Positions 45,618-53,034 of a DNA stretch of 55,761 nucleotides are shown here, one piece after another. The stretch covers positions 1 through 55,761 of the forward strand of contig JBJOMQ010000005.1 in assembly GCA_046052275.1 (NCBI GenBank), in the 5' to 3' direction. The position numbers and the translations under genes are program-made. This DNA is from Actinomycetota bacterium (GTDB lineage: Bacteria; Actinomycetota; Acidimicrobiia; Acidimicrobiales; Ilumatobacteraceae). A model generated the notes under the pieces. The model made no database searches and had not been told where the DNA came from. It was given only the letters and a program-made list of their open reading frames with translations. Each line of letters begins with the position of its first letter. Within the stretch, counting starts at the first letter, position 1.

Positions 45618-47174
45618 ATGCGAGCCACCTCGCTCGGCCATGCCGGCATTCTCGTCGACACGCTCGATGGGTCGATTGTCTGCGATCCGTGGTTCCTTCC
45701 GCAGTTCCACGGATCGTGGTTCGTGTTCCCGCGCAACGACCAGCTGTCGACGGCGTTGATGCAGCGCATCTGCCACCCCACCTACCTCTATATCTCGCAC
45801 ATCCATGCCGACCATCTCGATGAGGGCTGGCTGCTCGAGCACATGGACAAGGACACCACCGTGCTGGTGCCCGGGTACCCGACTCGAGAACTCGAGGGAA
45901 TCCTCCGCCGACTCGGCTTCCACTCGATCGTGCGCACCGTCGATGGCGAGGAGATGCGGCTCGGACCGCATCTCACGGTGGCCATCCACTGCGAGACCAG
46001 CATCACCGATGGACCGGGTGGCGACTCGGCGATCGTGATCTCCGACGGCACCGGCCGGCTGGTCAACCAGAACGACTGTCGAACGAACGACCTGGCAGCG
46101 CTGCGCAGCCACGGGCCAGTCGACCTTCACTGGCTGCAGTACAGCGGCGCCATCTGGTACCCGATGGTCTACGACGAGCCGCCGCAGCGGATGCGAGAAC
46201 TCGTCGATGCCAAGGTCGACAGCCAGTACTCGCGTGCGCTGCGATACGTCGAGGCAGTCGATGCGACGGCAGTCGTGCCGAGCGCCGGCCCGCCAGCCTT
46301 CCTCGATCCAGAGCTGTTCCGGTTCAATGTCATCTCCGGCGATGAGCTCTCGATCTTTCCCGACCAGCGGGGTTTCATGTCGCGCCTCGCTGATGCAGGA
46401 CACCGCGGCATCCTCGCCATTCCCGGCACGACGATCGAGTTCAGCGCGGGGACCAGCGAGATGCACGTCGAGCATCCGGTGCCCGACAACGAGGTCGATG
46501 CGATCTTCAGCGACAAGGCGGCCTATCTGCGCAACTACCAGTCCGACTGGATGCCGTGGCTCGAGCGGCTGAAAGCGTCGTGGCTGCCGCCGAGCGATGA
46601 CCTCCTCGAACGGCTCGCCGCATGGTGGGAGCCACTGATGGCGATGGCACCCACGGTGTGCGACGCCATCGGCGACACAGTCGTGCTGCACGCCGGCGAC
46701 CTGCCCGTCGCCCTCGACTTCCGCGCCCGCCGCGTGCGTCGATGGGCGGGCGAGGATCACGGCTTCCGCTTCACCGTCCAGCGCGAGCTCGTCGAGACCG
46801 TGGTCGCCCAGCGCGCCGTCGACTGGAGCAACTCGCTGTTCCTGTCGTGCAGGTTCAGCGCATGGCGTAAGGGCCAGTACAACGAATACGTCTACAACTT
46901 CTTCAAGTCGCTGTCGGTCGAGCGGATGCGCCGGACCGAGGCAGAGGCGGTGCGCAAACTGCAGCCCGACCATGGCGGTGCAGTCGAGGAGGACATCCGG
47001 ATCGGCGACTGGATCGTGCAACGCACCTGCCCGCATCGGAAGGCCGATCTCAGCGTGTTCGGAGAGATCGACGACGGCGAACTCGTCTGCACACTGCACG
47101 GCTGGCGCTTCGATCTGGCGACGGGCGTGTGCCGCAATGCAGACGATCGTCCGCTCCGCGTTCGCCGGGCATAG
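45618..47174 (+). CDS. MBL-fold metallo-hydrolase fused to a C-terminal Rieske [2Fe-2S] domain
   Basis: N-terminal LGHAGILVD ... YISHIHADHLD (HxHxDH). C-terminal CPHRKADLS ... CTLHGWRFD (CxH...CxxH). Confidence 0.8.
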   Translation: MRATSLGHAGILVDTLDGSIVCDPWFLPQFHGSWFVFPRNDQLSTALMQRICHPTYLYISHIHADHLDEGWLLEHMDKDTTVLVPGYPTRELEGILRRLGFHSIVRTVDGEEMRLGPHLTVAIHCETSITDGPGGDSAIVISDGTGRLVNQNDCRTNDLAALRSHGPVDLHWLQYSGAIWYPMVYDEPPQRMRELVDAKVDSQYSRALRYVEAVDATAVVPSAGPPAFLDPELFRFNVISGDELSIFPDQRGFMSRLADAGHRGILAIPGTTIEFSAGTSEMHVEHPVPDNEVDAIFSDKAAYLRNYQSDWMPWLERLKASWLPPSDDLLERLAAWWEPLMAMAPTVCDAIGDTVVLHAGDLPVALDFRARRVRRWAGEDHGFRFTVQRELVETVVAQRAVDWSNSLFLSCRFSAWRKGQYNEYVYNFFKSLSVERMRRTEAEAVRKLQPDHGGAVEEDIRIGDWIVQRTCPHRKADLSVFGEIDDGELVCTLHGWRFDLATGVCRNADDRPLRVRRA

Positions 47175-47209
47175 CGAAGCGACGGCCCCAGCGGGGCCGA
47201 GTTACGTGG

Positions 47210-48181
47210 TCAGGCCGTCGGGAAGTTGCCGTGCACCCAGACGATGGTGCCGAGGTTCACGAGGTCGAGTGACCAGATGAAGTCCATGGCCGGCACGCTG
47301 ACTCGAACACAGCCGTGCGATGCCGGATAGTTGGGGATGCTGGTCATGCCATGGATGGCGACGCCGCCCTTGAAGTACTTCGGTCGATAGATCTTGCCGA
47401 GGTCGCCATCCCACCAGCCGTCTGCTCGCTGGCGGTCGACCTGCCACAGTCCGCTCGGAGTGACGGAGTCGCCTCGATACACCTTCCAGGGCTGGTCCTC
47501 GTCGACGGCCTCGTACGGCACTTCGCTGCCGGTCGAGGTGTTGAACGTCCAGAGCGTCTTGCCGTCGACGATGAGGAAGAGGAGTTGCTTGGTCTTGTCG
47601 ACCTCGACCAGTGTGCCGTTGTCGGCCGATGCCCGACCGCGCTCGGTTATGGTCTGCATTGCGAGTGCCGTAGCCGCGTCGACCTCTGCAGTCGCTTCGA
47701 GACCCGCGTACTTCTGGAAGGCCATCACAGCCTGACTGGTCGCCTTGCCGTAGAGGCCGTCGATCTCGCCGAGCCAGAATCCGAGCGCGGTGAGGCGTTC
47801 CTGGATCTTCTTGGTCTCCTCGCCGTCGGCGGTTCCCACGGCGACGAGTGGGACGGGAGACGGGCCGATGACCTCCACATTCGGAGCAAGTGTGGTGGTC
47901 GTCGTGCTCGTCGACGTGGTCGACGATGTTGTGGTCGACTCGTCCGCCGTGTCAGTCGTGGTGTCGACCGTGAGGCCGCTGGCGAATGTGGACTCGGTGT
48001 TATCTCCCGAGGGATCCAGTGCCGCAGTTGGGCCGGCATTGGTGGTCTGCGAGCAGCCAGTGGCGGCGACGAGGAGCGGCAGGCAGAGAGCGAGTGCCGA
48101 GCGCGTCCAGTGGCGTGGGACGGCGGTTCGTCGATCGCTATGGCGGCGAGGCAGGGAACTGCAGGTGCGGATACGGCTCAT
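47210..48181 (-). CDS. L,D-transpeptidase lipoprotein with PG_binding_1 domain
   Basis: Lipobox LVAATGCS, PG-binding repeat (IQERLTALGFWLGEIDGLYGKATSQAVMAFQ) and YkuD catalytic motif HGMTSIPNYPASHGCVRV. Confidence 0.9.
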   Translation of the reverse strand: MSRIRTCSSLPRRHSDRRTAVPRHWTRSALALCLPLLVAATGCSQTTNAGPTAALDPSGDNTESTFASGLTVDTTTDTADESTTTSSTTSTSTTTTTLAPNVEVIGPSPVPLVAVGTADGEETKKIQERLTALGFWLGEIDGLYGKATSQAVMAFQKYAGLEATAEVDAATALAMQTITERGRASADNGTLVEVDKTKQLLFLIVDGKTLWTFNTSTGSEVPYEAVDEDQPWKVYRGDSVTPSGLWQVDRQRADGWWDGDLGKIYRPKYFKGGVAIHGMTSIPNYPASHGCVRVSVPAMDFIWSLDLVNLGTIVWVHGNFPTA

Positions 48182-48227
48182 GGTCGGGGGAGTGGTCGTG
48201 CGTCGCAGGTCAGGCTACCGACGACGC

Positions 48228-48818
48228 TCAGCCGAATGTCGGCACCTCGCACCACACAGTCAAGCCGTATTTCACGCCGCGTTGCAGGCGGGTTGCCTGG
48301 TGCGGATGCGTCACGAGCGACGGCCACACGACGGCCTCGCCGATCGATGCTGACTCGTTGGTGACGCCCTGGCGCGGGAAGTCGAGCACGGCACCGTCGT
48401 ATCCATCGTTGAGCTTCACCGATGCCGACACCTGCGCCACATCGTGGTGAAGGCGCAGTGCCTCCTGCCCACCGACCTCGTACTTGATCACGAACACGTC
48501 GCGCAGTCCGTGGTAATCGACGTACGGCCAGACGGTTTGCAGCATCGGCCAGATTCGTCGGCCGATGTCGACCTCGACGTGCTCGAAGAGTCGGGGGCTG
48601 ATGACGGCCAGCGAGACCTCGTGGCCCGGCACTGGGTCATCGGGTTGGTGCTCGAATGCACCGACCGCCTCTGCAGCACGGATCACGGTCGCACAGAAAG
48701 CAGGAGTCCAGAAGGGAACGACGTAGATGTCGGAGCCGATCTCGCGAGGTGCTGCCTCGTGTTCCGAGTCGGGAACGGCTCCGTCGTAGCGGAGGATGCG
48801 GTGGAGATCGTCGGTCAT
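48228..48818 (-). CDS. 2OG-Fe(II) oxygenase superfamily protein (prolyl-hydroxylase-like)
   Basis: HxD (LHHDV), distal His and Arg (THPHQATRLQRGVKYGLTVW). ATG 48818 gives MTDDLHRIL; the longer ORF overlaps gluQ. Confidence 0.6.
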   Translation of the reverse strand: MTDDLHRILRYDGAVPDSEHEAAPREIGSDIYVVPFWTPAFCATVIRAAEAVGAFEHQPDDPVPGHEVSLAVISPRLFEHVEVDIGRRIWPMLQTVWPYVDYHGLRDVFVIKYEVGGQEALRLHHDVAQVSASVKLNDGYDGAVLDFPRQGVTNESASIGEAVVWPSLVTHPHQATRLQRGVKYGLTVWCEVPTFG

Positions 48819-48831
48819 TGACGAGATCGTG

Positions 48832-49752
48832 TCAGAGTTCGCCCGGCGGCAACCGCCACGGTGTGGTCGGAATGCGGCGGATGTCGAACCGAGACAGCAG
48901 GTCGCTGGCAGTGACCTCGTCGCCCGGCTCGCACAGCCCGAGGCTGATGCCGAGCCGGGCGAGCACACCGGAGGAGCCGACGCCGCGGTCGGCAAGGTCG
49001 GCGAGCGTGACGGCACCGTGACGCTTGGCCAGCCGCGAGCCGTCGGGTCCGAGCACGAGCGGCACATGCGCGTACGCCGGCTCGGGTAGGCCGAGCAGTT
49101 GCTGCAGGAGCCGCTGGCGAGGAGTGCTGCTCAGCAGGTCGTCACCCCGGAGCACGTGGGTGACGCCCTGATCTGCGTCGTCGACGACGACCGCGAGGTT
49201 GTATGCGGGAACCCCATCGTTTCGCTGCAGTACGACATCGTCGGCAGCACCCGTATAGCTGCCCGCCACAGCATCATGGACGGTGAACCGCTCGCCATCG
49301 GCGCGTAGTCGCAGTGCGGGCCGTCGCCCCTCGGCGAGCAGCGCAGCGCGTCGCGCCGCGGTGAGCGATCGACATGTCTTCGGGTACGGCACGTCGTCGC
49401 CGTGGGGTGCCTGCGCGGCCTCCCTGATCTCGCGTCGGGTGCAGAAGCATTCGTACACGCGGTCGAGTGCGGTGAGCTGGGCGATCGCCTGACGATGGAG
49501 GTCGAACCGGTCACTCTGGCGAACGACCGGCTCGTCGGGCACGAGGCCGAGTGCGGCGAGGTCGCCGAGTTGCCGAATCTCGTGTTCGGCCGATGAGGTG
49601 GCCCGATCGAGGTCCTCCATCCTGACGATCCACGAACCCCCCATCGATCGCGCCTGCAGCCACGAGAGGAGCGCGGTGCGAAGGTTGCCGAGATGGAGGG
49701 GTCCCGTCGGCGAGGGAGCGAATCGTCCACGGGTGGCACACGGGGCCGACAT
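48832..49752 (-). CDS. gluQ: Glutamyl-Q tRNA(Asp) synthetase (truncated GluRS paralog)
   Basis: Class I HIGH-like PLHLGN, GRFAPSPTG, about 306 aa without an anticodon-binding domain, and KMSKS-like RLAKRHG. Confidence 0.8.
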   Translation of the reverse strand: MSAPCATRGRFAPSPTGPLHLGNLRTALLSWLQARSMGGSWIVRMEDLDRATSSAEHEIRQLGDLAALGLVPDEPVVRQSDRFDLHRQAIAQLTALDRVYECFCTRREIREAAQAPHGDDVPYPKTCRSLTAARRAALLAEGRRPALRLRADGERFTVHDAVAGSYTGAADDVVLQRNDGVPAYNLAVVVDDADQGVTHVLRGDDLLSSTPRQRLLQQLLGLPEPAYAHVPLVLGPDGSRLAKRHGAVTLADLADRGVGSSGVLARLGISLGLCEPGDEVTASDLLSRFDIRRIPTTPWRLPPGEL

Positions 49753-49791
49753 GACGTCAGTCTCGCCGACGGTCGGCGGCTCGAGACGCGG

Positions 49792-49824
49792 CACGGCCGC
49801 TGCGCAAGATGCGCAGCGGCCGTG
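49792..49824 (-). terminator. Long perfect hairpin downstream of the rhodopsin gene
   Basis: 15-bp stem CACGGCCGCTGCGCA / TGCGCAGCGGCCGTG with a 3-nt loop, in the rhodopsin-gluQ spacer. Confidence 0.55.
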
Positions 49825-49862
49825 GACGCATGACTATCTGTTCAGGTGACGGCCGTCAGGCG

Positions 49863-49881
49863 ACGGGCGTACAACGCCCGT
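49863..49881 (-). terminator. Hairpin immediately 3' of the rhodopsin stop codon
   Basis: ACGGGCG-TACAA-CGCCCGT, 16 nt after the stop at 49897. Confidence 0.45.
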
Positions 49882-49896
49882 GCCGACCGGCCGCGA

Positions 49897-50607
49897 TCAG
49901 GATTCGTTGGCGGAGCGTGCCTTGGCGATGCCGAGGATCATCAGGCCGTAGAGCGCCTTGGCCGTGATGTCGGCCACGGTGTAGCCAGCCTGACGAAGCA
50001 CCTCGAGCCCCTGCGACTCGGCGTCGATCACGGGGAACAGGTATGCGATCGGGTACACGCACCACGTGACGAGGAGCACCATCGTCGCGCGGTTGATCGC
50101 CGACGAGACGGCGCCGCTCTCGCGGCTCTTGGCGGCACGGAGTTCGCCGACGAGCACCCACAGGATGTAGACGAACGGAATCATCGCCAGGATCCACCAC
50201 AGCCACTTGGTGCCGTTGTCGGTCGAGGTCTCGCCCGGGTATCCGAGGGCGATCATCAGCGCAGTGGCGGGAATGAGGCGGGTCATGAGCTTGCGACGCG
50301 CGTCGGCGGCGACGCCGAGCACGACGAGCAGCTCGACAATCAGCAGCGGCACCGTGATCAGCCAGTCGGCGTAGCGGTACCCCTCGTTCATGGTGCCCTC
50401 GGCGAACGAGCTCCACATGCGGTAGTAGTGGTAGCCGGCGATGCCGACGACGATGGCCGACACGGCCACGCCCGAGCGGTAGGCCTTCGCAACGCTGTTC
50501 ATCTGCGTCAGGAAGTAGACGAAGGCGCCCAGCATCACGGCAGTGCCGAAGGACAGCAGGTTGTAGACGAGCTGGTAATTGTCGCCCGTCAGCATTACTT
50601 CTGACAT
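49897..50607 (-). CDS. Microbial (type I) rhodopsin, proteorhodopsin/xanthorhodopsin/actinorhodopsin clade, predicted light-driven outward proton pump
   Basis: 7 TM helices. RYADWLITVPLLIVE gives the D-T-E motif. GYHYY supplies the His partner. Leu sits at the PR-105 tuning position. The Schiff-base Lys is in ADITAKALYG. An AAGGAG RBS lies upstream of ATG 50607. Confidence 0.9.
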   Translation of the reverse strand: MSEVMLTGDNYQLVYNLLSFGTAVMLGAFVYFLTQMNSVAKAYRSGVAVSAIVVGIAGYHYYRMWSSFAEGTMNEGYRYADWLITVPLLIVELLVVLGVAADARRKLMTRLIPATALMIALGYPGETSTDNGTKWLWWILAMIPFVYILWVLVGELRAAKSRESGAVSSAINRATMVLLVTWCVYPIAYLFPVIDAESQGLEVLRQAGYTVADITAKALYGLMILGIAKARSANES

Positions 50608-50893
50608 AACGCGGTTCTCCTTTGTTCGTGAACTGGTGAAAGCGTGACACAGCGCGGATCACCGTCGGCGGATCGTGTGCAAGATTTCGGGCCGAACGCA
50701 GACGAGTGTTACGGGTGTTTCAGAGCGGTGGCCGGGGGATTCTCGGCGACCGGTACGGGAATCTGCAGGGATTCCTCAAGGATCCGGCCGGCACCGCCGA
50801 TGAAAGTGGCTGTCCGCACGGACAGGCGCCGACGGTGCTCCGGTACCGGTTGCGGCGAGCCACATCAGCCTCCGAGCCTCGAAAGGAGCGGTT

Positions 50894-52954
50894 GTGAACG
50901 AATACTCCGAGTCCGACACGCTCCGTGGTGGGCCGGCCCCGGCCGACTCTCCGCAGCAGGCCTATGTGCGCCAGCGGGCGCTCGCATCGGTCGCCACACA
51001 TCTGCTGCCGGCGCCGTTCCTGCTGCTGCCGTTCACGCTGCTCGTGAGCCGAGTGATGCGCGGCACCCTTCCCGGCGTCCGCTTCGGCTGGTGGGTGCTG
51101 TCGGCGGTGCTGGCAACGGGTCTCACCTCGCTGGCGCTGTACGGCTACCGCAAGCGCGCCACCGACTCGTCGACGCCGTGGTTCGTGCGCCTCGCGCTCC
51201 TGGCGGCGCTGGCGTCGGTCGGCGGGCTGTTCGGCATGTGCCCGTGGGTGGCGGCGGAGGGCGATCTCGAGGTCACGCTGCTGTTCGTCCTCTTTCCGTC
51301 GGTGGCCGCCGCTGTCGGCGCACTGATCACCGCCGGCCGACGCGATCTCTACCTCGCTTTCCTCATCCCGCTCACGGCGCTGTCGTCGATGTCGCTGACA
51401 TCGAGCGACGACGAACGGCTCCGGGGGCTCGGACTGCTGGCCGTGTTCTTCGCCGGCGCTCTCGTGGCGCTCCACCACGTCGTGAGCCGCTCATCAGCCG
51501 AGGCGATCAGGGTGCAACTCCGGGCAGCCGAGCTGCTGACCGAGCTCGACCACGAGCGCTCCGAGCTCACGTCGGTGAACGAGGAACTTGCAGCAACCAA
51601 CAGCAGGCTGGCGCACCAGGCCACACACGATCCGCTGACGGGCCTGTACAACCGCCGTGGCACGCTCGAGCTGCTCGACCAGTTGCTGGCATCAGCGAGC
51701 ACCGAGCATCCGGTGGGCCTGCTCTTCTGCGACCTCGACCGGTTCAAGGCAGTGAACGATGCGCTCGGGCATCGTGGCGGCGACCGATTCATCAGCATCA
51801 TCGCCGACCGGCTCTCACGCAGTATCGAGCCCGGCTCGGTTGCCGGCCGGATGGGTGGTGACGAGTTCGTCGTCGTCATGCCCGATCACGACCTTCGCGA
51901 GGCAACTGCGATTGCCAGCCGGCTCGTCGACGCATTGGCGCAGCCGATCTATGCCGAGGGCCGCGAGGTGCCGTCGTCGGTGAGCATCGGCCTCGCCGTG
52001 GCGCCCGCGCACGGCACCACCGCCAGCGAGCTGCTCCGCCACGCCAATGCCGCCCTGTACCGGGCCAAGGCCGGAGGCCGTAACCGCGTCGAGCTCTTCG
52101 ACGGCGAGATGCAGCGCGAGCTCGTTCACCGTCTTGAGGGCGAGCAGGCGCTCCGCCGAGCGATCGACGACGGCGACATCGTTGCCTTCTACCAGCCCGA
52201 GATCGACGCCGCGAGCGGACAACTGGTCGGAGCAGAGCTGCTGGCCCGGTGGGTTCGCCGCGACGGCCGTGTCGTTGCAGCCAACGAGTTCCTTGCGCTC
52301 GCTTCATCTGCCGGACTGCTCGAGCGGATCACCGATCGCGTCATTGCCAGCGCCCGCCCCCACATCCAGCGCCTCGCGATGCTGGGTCTGCCCGAGGGCT
52401 TCCGGTTCCGCATCAACATGGCTCCAGAAGCCACCGAGCGGCGATGGAGTGACGATCCGATCGACCACGTGCTGCAGGGACTCTCTGCCTCGCTGGTGAC
52501 GATCGATGTGCGCGAGAGCGCTGTCACCGCCGATCTCCCGGCTGCTGCGGCGAACATGGCGGCGTTCCGCGCCCGCGGCGGCCGTGTGTGCCTTGACGAT
52601 TTCGCACGAGGTGTGTCGTCGCTGAGCCTGCTCCGCCGCCTGCCGCTCGACGAGGTGCGTATCGACCGTCTGTCGATCGACTCGCTCACGGCTCACCCTG
52701 CCGACTGGGCGATTGCCCGGTCGATCATCTCGCTGGTCCGCGAGCTAGGCCTCGCTGTCACCGCCGACGGAGTGCAGACCGGGGCACAGGCTGATGCTCT
52801 CGTGGCGCTCGGATGCGTCCGCCAGCAGGGTCACCTCTATGCCGAGGCGCTGCCGGCCTCGGCGTTCGAGGATTTCCTGCTCGACTGGATGGCGGATCGC
52901 TACCTGCGCCGACGAGCCGACGAACCCATGTGGGGACCGAGCGATCTGACCTAA
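50894..52954 (+). CDS. Membrane-anchored GGDEF-EAL protein (diguanylate cyclase / c-di-GMP phosphodiesterase)
   Basis: About 5-6 N-terminal TM helices and a coiled linker. GGDEF domain (THDPLTGLYNRRG, RMGGDEFVVV). EAL domain (YQPEI, AELLARW, DDFARGVSSLSLL, RIDR). AAAGGAG RBS before GTG 50894. Confidence 0.9.
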   Translation: MNEYSESDTLRGGPAPADSPQQAYVRQRALASVATHLLPAPFLLLPFTLLVSRVMRGTLPGVRFGWWVLSAVLATGLTSLALYGYRKRATDSSTPWFVRLALLAALASVGGLFGMCPWVAAEGDLEVTLLFVLFPSVAAAVGALITAGRRDLYLAFLIPLTALSSMSLTSSDDERLRGLGLLAVFFAGALVALHHVVSRSSAEAIRVQLRAAELLTELDHERSELTSVNEELAATNSRLAHQATHDPLTGLYNRRGTLELLDQLLASASTEHPVGLLFCDLDRFKAVNDALGHRGGDRFISIIADRLSRSIEPGSVAGRMGGDEFVVVMPDHDLREATAIASRLVDALAQPIYAEGREVPSSVSIGLAVAPAHGTTASELLRHANAALYRAKAGGRNRVELFDGEMQRELVHRLEGEQALRRAIDDGDIVAFYQPEIDAASGQLVGAELLARWVRRDGRVVAANEFLALASSAGLLERITDRVIASARPHIQRLAMLGLPEGFRFRINMAPEATERRWSDDPIDHVLQGLSASLVTIDVRESAVTADLPAAAANMAAFRARGGRVCLDDFARGVSSLSLLRRLPLDEVRIDRLSIDSLTAHPADWAIARSIISLVRELGLAVTADGVQTGAQADALVALGCVRQQGHLYAEALPASAFEDFLLDWMADRYLRRRADEPMWGPSDLT

Positions 52955-53034
52955 TGTGCGGAGGCGGCCCGCACTCGGGCGGTGCCGTCGGAGTCGAGCT
53001 GGACGACAGTCCGTGGATGCGAAAGGGGCCGGCG

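Noticed and set aside
50706-50897. 63-aa ORF in the rhodopsin / GGDEF-EAL intergenic region
   Set aside because: It has no RBS and no hydrophobic or domain features. It runs across the nested helices and into the RBS of the GGDEF-EAL gene, so a non-coding regulatory role is more plausible.
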